This document shows positions 54,196 to 64,000 of a DNA stretch of 64,000 bases, in pieces. The notes under the pieces were generated by a model. It was not told where the DNA came from and searched no databases. It worked only from the letters and a program-made list of their open reading frames with translations. The stretch is from a virus (lineage: Duplodnaviria > Caudoviricetes). The position numbers and the translations under genes were made by a program. The stretch is from the IMG/VR virus record IMGVR_UViG_3300044624_001881, positions 293 to 64,292 of that record, one strand, 5' to 3'. Within the stretch, counting starts at the first letter, position 1. The number at the start of each line of letters is the position of its first letter.

Positions 54196-54939
54196 ATGGC
54201 ACAGCCAACGACTAGAGAAGAATTTAAAGAATATATCTTAAGAAAAATTGGTGCACCAGTAATTCAGGTTAACGTGTCTGATGAACAGGTAGATGACCGT
54301 GTAGATGAAGCTATTTCTTTTTGGAGAGATTATCACTATAACGGAAGCCAATTAATTTATCTTAAGCACCAAATTACTCAAGAAGATTCTGATCGTGGAT
54401 ACATTAATCTTCCACAGAATATTCTTGGTATTCAAAAGATTTTTGATCTTGATACTTCAATTTCTACTGGTACAGGTATCTTTAACGTTCAGTATCAATT
54501 TGTATTGAACAATCTCAACGATATTACTGGATATAGTATTCAGAACTATTGGATGACTATGTCTCATTTAGAGTTCTTACAAGAATGGCTTGTTGGCCGC
54601 CCTCTTATTCGTTATAATAAACACGTAAATAAACTTTACATCGACGCAGACAAGTCTTCATGGAGAGTTGGCTCTTACATCGTTGTTGAAGCTTACGATA
54701 TTATAGATCCAGACGCTTATTCAGATGTATGGGCTGATAGATGGCTTCAGAATTACGCATCAGTTTTAGTAAGAGAGCAATGGGGTCTTAACCTTACTAA
54801 GTTTACTAACATGCAGCTCGTCGGCGGTGTTTCATTTAATGGCGAACAAATTCTAAACGATGCAAGAGCCGAGCGTCAAGCTATGGAAGAAGATGCTATA
54901 AGAAGTCTACAACCTCTGACATACAACTTTATTGGATAA
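54196..54939 (+). CDS. gp13: Neck protein gp13
   Basis: 'P.TREEFKEYILRKIGAPVIQVNVSDEQVDDRVDEA..DYHYNGS' and 'QWGLNLTKF..MQLVGGVSFNG'. Gene order 13-14-15. Confidence 0.9.
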   Translation: MAQPTTREEFKEYILRKIGAPVIQVNVSDEQVDDRVDEAISFWRDYHYNGSQLIYLKHQITQEDSDRGYINLPQNILGIQKIFDLDTSISTGTGIFNVQYQFVLNNLNDITGYSIQNYWMTMSHLEFLQEWLVGRPLIRYNKHVNKLYIDADKSSWRVGSYIVVEAYDIIDPDAYSDVWADRWLQNYASVLVREQWGLNLTKFTNMQLVGGVSFNGEQILNDARAERQAMEEDAIRSLQPLTYNFIG

Positions 54940-54942
54940 ATC

Positions 54943-55629
54943 ATGGCGACTAATGTTTTCTTTAGAAATTATGACAACGTATACGAGCAGAATCTAATTG
55001 ACGATCTAGTGATCGAGTCAATTCAGATCTATGGTATTGACGTCATATATCTATCTAGAACTCTAGAAGGAGTGGATAGAATTCTAAATGAAGACGATAT
55101 GCCACTATACGAAAAATATTACGAGTTTGAAACTTACGTTAGAAACGTTGATAGTTTTGAAGGCGAGGGAGACTTCCTAAGCAAGTTTGGTCTGCAGATT
55201 CGTGATCAAATGACTCTTACAGTTGCTATCAGAACTTTCGAAAGATTTGTTACTCGCAATGATCAAGAAAAGATTAGACCTCTCGAAGGTGATATTATTT
55301 GGTTACCTCTAAATCAAAAGATGTACGAGATTAAATTCGTAGAGCATGAAAGTGTGTTTTATCAATCTGGTTCTCTTCAAGTTTATGACATGCGTTGCGA
55401 GTTACTTGAATATTCTAACCAGAGATTCGACACTGGCCGCCCAGAAATTGATCAATATTTTGACGACATGACTACTGTTATGACAGCAAACACTGGAGTG
55501 AATACACTTACTAAGCTAGCAAATACTGATCCTATTGCTGATAACCTATTCTTTGAACAAGAAGCTGATGGAATTATCGATTTCTCTGAAATAGATCCAT
55601 TCAGTGAAAATATTACAATACAGGATTAA
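54943..55629 (+). CDS. gp14: Neck protein gp14
   Basis: 'EQNLIDDLVIESIQIYGIDV.Y', 'FLSKFGLQIRD', 'RPLEGDII', 'FEIKFVE-like' and 'DFSEIDPF'. Confidence 0.9.
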   Translation: MATNVFFRNYDNVYEQNLIDDLVIESIQIYGIDVIYLSRTLEGVDRILNEDDMPLYEKYYEFETYVRNVDSFEGEGDFLSKFGLQIRDQMTLTVAIRTFERFVTRNDQEKIRPLEGDIIWLPLNQKMYEIKFVEHESVFYQSGSLQVYDMRCELLEYSNQRFDTGRPEIDQYFDDMTTVMTANTGVNTLTKLANTDPIADNLFFEQEADGIIDFSEIDPFSENITIQD

Positions 55630-55632
55630 CAG

Positions 55633-56547
55633 ATGGCCATAGCAAATTATTTTTATAATCAAACTACAAGAAGATATGTAGCTCTTTTTGGTAATCTGTT
55701 CAATCAGCTTACGATTGAGAGAAGCACTAATGATGGTTCTGTTACACAAAAAATGATAGTGCCTCTGTCGTATGCTCCATTTCAAAAGGTTCTTGCTCGT
55801 ATTACACAGGATCCAGATCTTTTAAACAGTCGCAGACCCGCTATTACTTTACCAAGAATGTCGTTTGAAATTACAAGTATGCAGTATGATCCTGCTCGTA
55901 AACTTGCATCTACAAGAAAAGTAAGAAAAGAGAATAAGCCAGAAACAGATGGTGAAAGATCTTTTGTTTACAATCCTGTGCCTTATAACATTGATTTTTC
56001 GCTTTATATCATGACTAAGTATGCAGAAGATGCTACTAAAATCATGGAACAAATTCTGCCTTTCTTTACACCAGACTGGACAGTCACAGCACGTATGATT
56101 GATGATTTAGATCCTATTGATATACCTATTGTTTTAAATAGTGTTAGCACAGAAGAATTATACGAAGGTGACTTTATTGAGCGTCAGACCGTTCTTTATA
56201 CACTCACTTTCACTTTAAAGGGTTGGTATTTTGGTCCCGAAAAAGAAAGAAAAGTAATCAAGTTTATCGATACAAGATACGCAACTACGACTGCTGCGAA
56301 CGCTGCGTTTGAAGAAACTGTTGAAATATATCCTATCGACATGGCAAATACTTCTATTGAGTGGTTTGATATAGAATTCGATGACGACTGGGTTGTAAGT
56401 ACAAATTATGTAAATCAAAACGGTGCTCTTGAACCATTCTTACTTGACATCGTAACAAGCAATACTGATCTAGAAACATCTAACGATGAGAACATTGATC
56501 TTCAAGACGGTTATGCTATAGATGATTTAAATACTCCTCAACAATAA
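55633..56547 (+). CDS. gp15: Tail sheath stabilizer and completion protein gp15
   Basis: 'YFYNQTTRRYVALFGNLFN', 'VPLSYAP.QK', 'TLPRMSFEI..YDPARK', 'PVPYN' and 'EQILPFFTP'. Confidence 0.9.
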   Translation: MAIANYFYNQTTRRYVALFGNLFNQLTIERSTNDGSVTQKMIVPLSYAPFQKVLARITQDPDLLNSRRPAITLPRMSFEITSMQYDPARKLASTRKVRKENKPETDGERSFVYNPVPYNIDFSLYIMTKYAEDATKIMEQILPFFTPDWTVTARMIDDLDPIDIPIVLNSVSTEELYEGDFIERQTVLYTLTFTLKGWYFGPEKERKVIKFIDTRYATTTAANAAFEETVEIYPIDMANTSIEWFDIEFDDDWVVSTNYVNQNGALEPFLLDIVTSNTDLETSNDENIDLQDGYAIDDLNTPQQ

Positions 56548-56579
56548 ATAAATTAAACATTTATAGGAATAAAATTAAA

Positions 56580-59500
56580 ATGGTACAAATTCTACAACAC
56601 AGAAGAAATACAACTGTTGGTCTACAATCTGAGCTTGGATCAGTTGGTGAGATTATTATTGATACAACCAAAAATACAGTAGTCGTGATGGATGGCGCAA
56701 CTAATGGCGGCACTCCTTTAGCAAAAGCTTCTGATATTCCGACAGATGTTAGTGATTTAACTGATACTGAAGGTTTACTTGGTGGTGGTACTGCTTCCTT
56801 AGGTGCATTTAAGATTGAAGGTAACATACTAGGAACTATTGGTGAAGGCAACGGTTGGGGTGGATCTAGCATGGGCTTGTCTCCAGATGGAGAAGGTTAT
56901 ACATGGATCAATATTCCCAACAATGCTACTGCCGCAGGTGGTGGATCATTACAAATTGGTAACACTTCCGACACAGGTGGTGGTATCCAACTATTGACAA
57001 ACGGTGGGAATTGGACTTTCCGTAATGACGGGGGCCTAACAGCCCCAGGAGATATTACAACAGGTACCATTGGTGGTAGATTTATTCAAGACTGCGATGA
57101 TGGTGCTACAGCTATGCGCTGGATAAATGTCAATCAAGGCAGCAGCACTACACAACTTATCCGTGCTTACACAGGTGATCCTAAACTGGATACAGAAGTT
57201 GAGCGAGCACAGATTAAATTAAACTGGAATGTGACCGAAGATAAAAGTGGGTTGACTATTAGAACATTCGATCGATCTGATGCAAACAATACAATAGATC
57301 ACGATTGGCTATTTAAAGGCGACGGTATTTTACAACTACCAGCAGGTGGCGACATTGTAGACGCCGCAGGTAATAGTGTACTTAACCCAGTAAATACAGT
57401 TAACCCACTATACATAATGGCTAATGTGGATGGTAACATTTCAACTAGTATAGATGGTACAACCTGGTCATCAGCAATAGATACTGGAATCAGCGTCGGT
57501 ACAGTTGCAATTGGACCAAATAAAATTGTTTATACTCGTAGTGATGTTAATGGCGATAATCTAAGCACCGGGTTATATTCAACTTCACGATCATCTGTTC
57601 CACCAACATTGATTGAAGGTACTAACGGTAATCCAGGCGGTGATTTATACTGGTTGAATGTGGAGTACTTCCAAGGGGCAACTTATCCTTGGGTTGCAGT
57701 TGGTTATCAAGACTCAGATTTAAAGCGACCAACTTTAATATATTCAAGCGATGGTATTACTTGGGATTTTGCTAATATCGATCTAGAATCAGTATATAAT
57801 GCATCTAACTTAGAATTCACAGACGTTGCATATGGTAATGGTTATTATGTGATTACAGCAAGAGGTGATACTAACTCTGGTGGTATCTGGGTCACTCAGG
57901 ATCTAACTCAAACCATAGCTGTGTCGACTAATCAATTAACAGGCATTGACGCTAACTTTAAGTTCATCGAATATTTTAGTGAAGTTGGTGGATTCCACAA
58001 ATGGAATGCAATTGCAACTAATAATCAATGGTGGGCAACATCAGACAATAATCCATCGGCATATGAAGAATGGTCTAATCTTTTTACTGCGGATGGTTTG
58101 TCTGGAATGATTGAAGAAGAAACCGGTTTAGCAAATATCACTGTTGAAGAATTTGCTTCTGGACAAATTAACGGCAATTCGTATTGGATGGCAAGCACTG
58201 GCTCCGGTCATATCATCTGGTGGCCAAATGCTCCAGTTGGTCCATTCGTTTCTATTCCGCAACCATATACTGGCACCGTAACTGGTATTACAGATTCAGC
58301 AAATGCTACAATAACTTTTACCGGTCAAGGGTTTAATGCGATTGGTGAAAAGTTCGTTATATCTGGATCAAGTGTAGAAGCATATAATGGCACATATTAT
58401 ATTGGCGCAGACGGTGTAATGTTCACCGACGCTGGGATGACAACTCCGTTTGACTCATCTGCTATAGAATTTGAATTTACTGGAACTGCAACTCTTACTT
58501 GGAGTCATGGTACATACATTGACTCATTGGGTTTTGGAAACAATGCGTTCTTTGCTGGTAATGACGACGAAGAAATCTTCAAAGGTCAATTTGGCGAAGG
58601 TCTATATTGGACAAAGGTTGACGATAAGAACAACAGCCTAGAGTATTGGAACGACTTTGCATATTATCCAGAGTTTGGTTACGGCACTAGTAATGAATTA
58701 ACCAACGGTGGACAAACACTTACATTAGAAAACAACGGTACCGTAACATTGCCTGCAGGCGGCACCATCACGGAAGCTATTGTTACTAACAATCCTACGA
58801 TCCAACTCACTCCAGCAAGCCCAGACGTGGCCAGCCAGAAGTTGGTGATTAAGGGTGGTGGCAATTACACTGCTAACAACAATGGCATAGCACTGAACTG
58901 GTATATAATTAATCCTATAGTTGGTGATACTGTTGAAATCTACGTTTATTCAGAAGCAAACGCCAATTCAACACTCTACTGGTGGATCTATCCAGAGAAT
59001 GCTAATACAGCAACTCCAGAATCAGGAACAGTATTTATAAATGAAGGCGGCGGAGGTAACACCGCAATTAGTTTTGTAGTAGACAATGACGACTATGAAT
59101 TTACAGTGCGTGTATCACCTGTCGACAACCAGTACGATTCTGCTAATACTGGCGTTGAGACATTAGTGTTCAATGAGGCTGCACCTAGTTTTGGCGATCA
59201 CCACTTACATTTGACCACTGGCGACTTGAATGAAACCAGCATCTTTTTAGGTACTGATAACCATAACGTTCGCACAACTGTTGATGGCGGTATTGAAATA
59301 AACACATATCTATATCCAAGCGGGGGCGGCAGCGGCACGTGGATTTTCGATAACGACGGTAATTTAGAATTACCAACCGGTGGTGTAATTGGCCCGTATG
59401 GTATGGGATGGACCGGTATCACTAATGGTAATACTGGAACTCCAATAAGTATATCATATCTATCTAATGCTGACGGAAGTGAACTATCTTCTGTTGGTTT

Positions 59501-59930
59501 GTCTGGCGGCATTGAAGGGGGACAAGTATATATCAGCGCGGGTACTGCAAATACTTCAAATCAATGGATCTTTGGTGAAAATGGTAGTTTAACGTTCCCA
59601 GATACAACAGCACAAACTACCGCGTATTTAGAAGGTGAGCATGTATTCGAAGTAAATGTCGGCTCAACAACATACGAGCCAGTAACAATAGGATATAATC
59701 TTTTAACGATTATTGGAGCGACTGGTTATACATCAAGTGACGCGGTGTCCATCGTATTGCCGCAAGGTCGTCCAGGACAAAAATTGGTACTACTTCAATT
59801 ATACAATCCTGCCACTGTTACGGTGAACCCAGGTCCTTTTGAATCGATTTTGAGTGTTGCGATACCGGCGGAGTTTATATACAGTGCATATGACGGCGCT
59901 TGGATCCCGTTATATGGAATTGCTCCATAA
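56580..59930 (+). CDS. Large mosaic fibre/decoration-like protein inserted between gp15 and gp16 (1116 aa)
   Basis: N-terminal 'LQHRRNTT....G..GEIIIDTTKNTVVVMDGATNGGTPLA' (fibre-anchor/Mtd_N-like), repeated 'W.F..DG.L..P.G' motifs and 'S.DG.TW' propeller-type motifs. Confidence 0.7.
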   Translation: MVQILQHRRNTTVGLQSELGSVGEIIIDTTKNTVVVMDGATNGGTPLAKASDIPTDVSDLTDTEGLLGGGTASLGAFKIEGNILGTIGEGNGWGGSSMGLSPDGEGYTWINIPNNATAAGGGSLQIGNTSDTGGGIQLLTNGGNWTFRNDGGLTAPGDITTGTIGGRFIQDCDDGATAMRWINVNQGSSTTQLIRAYTGDPKLDTEVERAQIKLNWNVTEDKSGLTIRTFDRSDANNTIDHDWLFKGDGILQLPAGGDIVDAAGNSVLNPVNTVNPLYIMANVDGNISTSIDGTTWSSAIDTGISVGTVAIGPNKIVYTRSDVNGDNLSTGLYSTSRSSVPPTLIEGTNGNPGGDLYWLNVEYFQGATYPWVAVGYQDSDLKRPTLIYSSDGITWDFANIDLESVYNASNLEFTDVAYGNGYYVITARGDTNSGGIWVTQDLTQTIAVSTNQLTGIDANFKFIEYFSEVGGFHKWNAIATNNQWWATSDNNPSAYEEWSNLFTADGLSGMIEEETGLANITVEEFASGQINGNSYWMASTGSGHIIWWPNAPVGPFVSIPQPYTGTVTGITDSANATITFTGQGFNAIGEKFVISGSSVEAYNGTYYIGADGVMFTDAGMTTPFDSSAIEFEFTGTATLTWSHGTYIDSLGFGNNAFFAGNDDEEIFKGQFGEGLYWTKVDDKNNSLEYWNDFAYYPEFGYGTSNELTNGGQTLTLENNGTVTLPAGGTITEAIVTNNPTIQLTPASPDVASQKLVIKGGGNYTANNNGIALNWYIINPIVGDTVEIYVYSEANANSTLYWWIYPENANTATPESGTVFINEGGGGNTAISFVVDNDDYEFTVRVSPVDNQYDSANTGVETLVFNEAAPSFGDHHLHLTTGDLNETSIFLGTDNHNVRTTVDGGIEINTYLYPSGGGSGTWIFDNDGNLELPTGGVIGPYGMGWTGITNGNTGTPISISYLSNADGSELSSVGLSGGIEGGQVYISAGTANTSNQWIFGENGSLTFPDTTAQTTAYLEGEHVFEVNVGSTTYEPVTIGYNLLTIIGATGYTSSDAVSIVLPQGRPGQKLVLLQLYNPATVTVNPGPFESILSVAIPAEFIYSAYDGAWIPLYGIAP

Positions 59931-59963
59931 TATTTTTTAATTTATATTTCAAATGGTGATTAA

Positions 59964-60401
59964 ATGAATGACGATAAAATTGCTTCGGCTTTAGGTTTAA
60001 GGCCTCTCGCAGAAGTAAGAGAAGATGAAGAAAAAAATCTTCCTGTTGAGTTTGAAGAAGTGGCACCTCCTGCTGTTATTTCAGAAGATGAAGACGAGAA
60101 TATTCAAGACCTAGAAACTGCTCGACAAAATATTAAAAGTATTATTAATACAGGTGAAGACGCACTAACTGAAATATTATCTGTAGCAAAACAATCAAAC
60201 TCTGCTCGAGCTTTCGAAGTAGTTTCTACTATGATGAAAACATTACTTGACGCAAACAAAGATTTTGTAGATATTTCTACTAAAAAGAAATTTGCAAAAG
60301 AAGAAACAGCTGCGCCAAAACAAGAACAGAATATTACAAACAACAACTTGATAATCTCTACGGCAGATTTATTGAAAATGATTAAGGGTAGCGATGTCTG
60401 A
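59964..60401 (+). CDS. gp16: Terminase small subunit gp16
   Basis: 'D.ETARQNI..II..G..AL......A.QS.SARAFEV...MKTL..AN' and 'NNNLIISTADLLKMI'. Directly upstream of gp17. Confidence 0.85.
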   Translation: MNDDKIASALGLRPLAEVREDEEKNLPVEFEEVAPPAVISEDEDENIQDLETARQNIKSIINTGEDALTEILSVAKQSNSARAFEVVSTMMKTLLDANKDFVDISTKKKFAKEETAAPKQEQNITNNNLIISTADLLKMIKGSDV

Positions 60402-61980
60402 CGGATACTTAGGAAATACCCATCTTAAAAAGGTAGCAGAACAAATTGAGTGGACTCCAGATCTTTTAAGGGAGTACATGCGTTGTGCTGAAGACCCAGA
60501 ATATTTTGCTAGAACTTATATTAAAATTGTACACGTCGATAGAGGTCTTGTTCCTTTTGAAATGTACGATTATCAGAAAGACATCGCTCATAAGATTTTT
60601 AATAACCGCCGTGTAGCGGTTCTTACTGCTCGTCAGTCTGGTAAGACAACCACGGCTGTTGCTGTGATTCTTCACTATATTTTGTTCAATGAGTTTAAGA
60701 CTGTAGCCATCCTTGCGAATAAGGGAGATGCTGCTAGAGAGGTGCTTGCTCGTATTAAGTTAGCCTATGAAGCTTTACCGAAGTGGCTCCAGCAGGGCAT
60801 AGAAGAATGGAACAAGGGCAATATAGCACTTGAGAATGGTTGTGCTGTTCTTGCTGGTACAACTACTTCATCTGCTATTCGTGGTAAATCTGTTAACTTC
60901 CTTTATCTTGACGAAGTCGCGTTCATCGAAGGATATGATGAATTCTTCGCATCAGTTTATCCTACTATTTCTTCTGGTGAAACTACGAAACTTCTTATGA
61001 CTTCTACACCAAACGGTCTTAACCACTTCTGGAAGACATGTAAAGGCGCTGAAGAAGGAACAAACGGTTATCAATATGTTAAAGTTATGTGGTATGATGT
61101 TCCTGGGCGAGATGAAAAATGGCGTAAAGAAACCATCGAATCGCTTGATCACGATGAAGAAAAGTTTAACCAAGAATATTGCTGTGAATTCCTTGGATCT
61201 TCTGGTACACTTATTTCTGGTTCTAAGCTTAAACAACTCGCGCCAGATATTCCTATTTTGCAAAGTGAAGGCTTAACACAGTATGAAAGACCTATTGGTA
61301 ATCATCAGTACGTTATTACTGCTGACGTCGCAAGAGGTAAAGGTTTAGACTACTCTACATTTAACGTTATTGATATTACTACAATGCCATATAAACAAGT
61401 TGCCACGTTTAGAGATAACTTTATTGGTCCTATTGATTTTGCTTCTGTTTTGTTCAGAGTTGGTACTATGTACAACACAGCTGGAATACTTGTAGAAATT
61501 AACGACATCGGTGGACAAGTTGCTGATGTTCTAATCATCGATTACGGGTATGATAACATTCTTTATACTCAGAACTCAGGAAGAAGTGGCAAGGTTCTTT
61601 CTGGCGGTTTTGGAAAAAATATTGATAATGGAATAAGAACTACAACCGGCGTAAAAGGTACTGGTTGTTCGATGCTTAAAATGCTTATTGAGCAAGACCA
61701 ACTTATTATTAGAGACTTTGATACCATCTTTGAATTAAGTCGTTTTTCTAAGAAGAAAAATTCTTTTGAAGCAGAATCTGGATTCCATGACGATCTTGTT
61801 ATGAATTTAGTTTTATTCGCGTGGATGACAGAACAAGCCTATTTCAAAGATATGACGGACATAAATACATTAATAAAATTAAGAGAAAAAACCGAAGAAC
61901 AAATTGAAGAAGATTTATTACCGTTTGGATTTATAGATGTTGGAGACGACTCTTATGAAGACGACGGACTGAGGCTATGA
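60394..61980 (+). CDS. gp17: Terminase large subunit gp17
   Basis: 'YLGN..LK', Walker A 'ARQSGKTT', Walker B 'LYLDEVAF', 'TSTPNGLNHF', nuclease 'ADVARGKGLDYS' and 'HDDLVM'. Confidence 0.95.
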   Translation: MSDGYLGNTHLKKVAEQIEWTPDLLREYMRCAEDPEYFARTYIKIVHVDRGLVPFEMYDYQKDIAHKIFNNRRVAVLTARQSGKTTTAVAVILHYILFNEFKTVAILANKGDAAREVLARIKLAYEALPKWLQQGIEEWNKGNIALENGCAVLAGTTTSSAIRGKSVNFLYLDEVAFIEGYDEFFASVYPTISSGETTKLLMTSTPNGLNHFWKTCKGAEEGTNGYQYVKVMWYDVPGRDEKWRKETIESLDHDEEKFNQEYCCEFLGSSGTLISGSKLKQLAPDIPILQSEGLTQYERPIGNHQYVITADVARGKGLDYSTFNVIDITTMPYKQVATFRDNFIGPIDFASVLFRVGTMYNTAGILVEINDIGGQVADVLIIDYGYDNILYTQNSGRSGKVLSGGFGKNIDNGIRTTTGVKGTGCSMLKMLIEQDQLIIRDFDTIFELSRFSKKKNSFEAESGFHDDLVMNLVLFAWMTEQAYFKDMTDINTLIKLREKTEEQIEEDLLPFGFIDVGDDSYEDDGLRL

Positions 61981-62007
61981 ACTTGTTCTAGATAAATATG
62001 GCGTTTT

Positions 62008-62015
62008 TATAAATA
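62008..62015 (+). promoter_or_regulatory. T4-type late promoter (TATAAATA)
   Basis: Exact match 51 nt upstream of the tail sheath start. Confidence 0.8.
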
Positions 62016-62066
62016 GAAACAGTGAATACAAATAAAAAGCGTTTCTAATTAATAGAGGAGAAAAAC

Positions 62067-64000
62067 ATGGCTTTTTCCGTAAGTCCTTCTGTCATTGTTC
62101 GTGAAGTGGACGCATCACAGACGGTGCCAGCCGTAGCGACTCCTCCAGCGGCAATGGCTGGGGTTTTCAAATGGGGTCCAACTAACGAACCAATCTTAAT
62201 CACTTCTGAAAATGAACTCGTAAACCGTTTCGGTAAGCCTTCCGATACTAACTATGAGACATTTTTCACTGCTGCAGATTATCTGTCGTACTCAAACGCT
62301 CTATACGTTGTGCGTGCAGATGACGGATCTGTAACAGCTAATTCAACTATAATAGATCAAACGTTCGATGGAAACAACGTTCTTATTGAAGACAACAGTT
62401 TCTATGGAGCTTTCTCAGCAAAATATCCAGGCTCTCTAGGTAATGCTCTTGAGGTTGCATGGGTTACTGCTACAGGTTTTTCTTCAGATCTTATTGATGT
62501 TGGTGATATTCCTACAAACAAAATTTCAAACACTAGCGTTAATCAAACGATAGAATTCAATAGCAGCAACTTGGCTTTTGAAGTTTCTAATACTGCACCA
62601 ATCGCAAGTCTACCAGCTATCGGCGATATTCTTGTTATCGGTAACAGCAGTGTTGGTTATCAAGAATTACAGGTTTCTTTCATCGATGAAACAGCTCTTG
62701 AAGAAACTTTTGGTACTGGCAACTCGGCAGTAACAGTCACTGTTGGCTATCGTTACGACGTGAACTTTACAAAGAAATATACTCTTGCAGAAAATATGCT
62801 AGAAGATCTTTCTATCACAAAGAAATGGCAGTATGCTTCAATGTTTGCTAAAGCTCCTTCTGCTGGCCATATTCACGTTGCTGTTATCGATAAGACTGGT
62901 ACTATTACAGGTGCTGCAAATACAATTGTCGAAAGATTCGATAACCTTTCTACTACTGTTGGAGCTACTCTTCCACAGGGAACAACTAATTACTATGCTA
63001 ATGTAATTGATAACTTCTCTTCTTGGGTTAAACTAGCTAACACAGCTCCAATTTCAACAGCAAGCTCGTCAATGGCCGTGTATGAAACGATGACCGGTGG
63101 TACTGATGCTACTACAGAAACAAGTGCTACACTTTCTGCGCTTGGCTTCGCTTGGGATACTCTTAAGAACGGAAACGAGATTGACATCTCCTTTGTTATT
63201 CTTGGCAAGAGCGATGATGCTGCTACAAGAGCTAACTACGTTATCGCGAATCTTTGCGAATCAAGAAAAGATTGCGTAGCATTTATCTCGCCTTCTAAAG
63301 AAGCAGTTGTTGACGAACTTAAGACAAACTCAAAACTTACAAACGTAATTGCTCACCGTAACAAGATCCAACCAACGTCATACGCGTTCATGGATAGCGG
63401 ATACAAGTATCGTTACGATAAATATAACGACGTTTATCGTTACACACCGCTTAATGGTGATATGGCTGGCCTTGCTTCAAGAGTAGAAGCATGGGAATCA
63501 CCGGCTGGATACAGAAAAGGTATAATCAAGAACGTTGTAAAGCTAGCTTTCAACCCAAGCAAACCACAAAGAGACCAACTCTACGCTGCGGATATCAACC
63601 CAGTTATGTCCCAAATTGGTCAAGGTATTGTTCTATTCGGTGATAAGACAATGCTTGGTGTTACAAGCGCGTTTGATCGTATTAACGTACGTAGACTATT
63701 CATCGCGGTTGAAAAATCTATTGCAACTGCTGCTGAAAGCTTCCTATTCGAGTTTAATGACGAGTTCACACAAACTCAGTTTAGAAACATAGTCGACCCG
63801 TTCCTACGTGATATTCAAGGACGTCGTGGCATCATTGATTATAGAGTTGTTTCCGACTCTACTGTGAATACTCCTGAAATCATCGATCAAAACAAATTCC
63901 GTGCAAACATCTTCATTAAACCAGCACGTTCTATAAATGTTATCGAACTAACATTCGTAGCAACAAGAACTGGTGTTGAGTTTGACGAAATTGTTGGTCA
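62067..64000 (+). CDS. gp18: Tail sheath protein gp18 (runs off the window end; absent from the ORF track)
   Basis: AGAGGAG RBS. Translation by hand gives MAFSVSPSVIVREVD...AGVFKWGP...ELVNRFGKP..NYETFFTAADYLSYSNALYVVRA; later 'GYKYRYDKYNDVYRY.PLNGD.AGL', 'GDKT', 'AFDRINVRRLF' and 'IKPARSINVIELTFVATRTGVEF.E'. Confidence 0.95.
   Translation, partial: MAFSVSPSVIVREVDASQTVPAVATPPAAMAGVFKWGPTNEPILITSENELVNRFGKPSDTNYETFFTAADYLSYSNALYVVRADDGSVTANSTIIDQTFDGNNVLIEDNSFYGAFSAKYPGSLGNALEVAWVTATGFSSDLIDVGDIPTNKISNTSVNQTIEFNSSNLAFEVSNTAPIASLPAIGDILVIGNSSVGYQELQVSFIDETALEETFGTGNSAVTVTVGYRYDVNFTKKYTLAENMLEDLSITKKWQYASMFAKAPSAGHIHVAVIDKTGTITGAANTIVERFDNLSTTVGATLPQGTTNYYANVIDNFSSWVKLANTAPISTASSSMAVYETMTGGTDATTETSATLSALGFAWDTLKNGNEIDISFVILGKSDDAATRANYVIANLCESRKDCVAFISPSKEAVVDELKTNSKLTNVIAHRNKIQPTSYAFMDSGYKYRYDKYNDVYRYTPLNGDMAGLASRVEAWESPAGYRKGIIKNVVKLAFNPSKPQRDQLYAADINPVMSQIGQGIVLFGDKTMLGVTSAFDRINVRRLFIAVEKSIATAAESFLFEFNDEFTQTQFRNIVDPFLRDIQGRRGIIDYRVVSDSTVNTPEIIDQNKFRANIFIKPARSINVIELTFVATRTGVEFDEIVG

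Noticed and set aside
56580-56760. Diversity-generating retroelement suggested by the Mtd_N-like N-terminus and repeats in fibre genes
   Set aside because: No reverse transcriptase is present, and I saw no template/variable repeat pair differing at adenines.
60394-64000. Intein, intron or homing endonuclease in terminase or sheath genes
   Set aside because: gp17 is a continuous 528-aa ORF with all motifs at normal spacing, and the sheath reads as a normal-length gp18 with no insertion seen.
1-64000. tRNA, rRNA, CRISPR arrays, integrase or transposase
   Set aside because: None recognised. Intergenic gaps are short and all visible repeats lie within coding sequence.

Overview
This window is part of the late (virion morphogenesis) region of a large T4-like myovirus genome. 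On the + strand it runs from a partial gp8-like baseplate wedge gene, through a 1782-aa VrlC/DUF4815-like baseplate protein and about 31 kb of very large fibre or appendage genes (405, 3249, 1362 collagen-like, 1278, 736 and 3112 aa). It continues through a small sugar-modification-like module to the neck, tail and packaging block gp13-gp14-gp15-[1116-aa insert]-gp16-gp17-gp18 (gp18 is cut off by the window end). T4-type late promoters (TATAAATA) precede several genes. The outstanding feature is an 11-kb, 14-gene, tightly overlapping operon on the opposite strand (37853-48713), directly after the longest fibre gene. It encodes five radical SAM enzymes (four SPASM-like, one cobalamin-dependent type), three 2OG-Fe(II) oxygenases, a JmjC-like cupin, four unknown proteins and one 213-aa Gly/Asn/Thr-rich protein ending in CHASCHNNCHVSRGRR. 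It looks like a RiPP-type maturation system whose likely substrate is a virion protein rather than a secreted peptide. All calls come from motif recognition by eye; no database searches were run.
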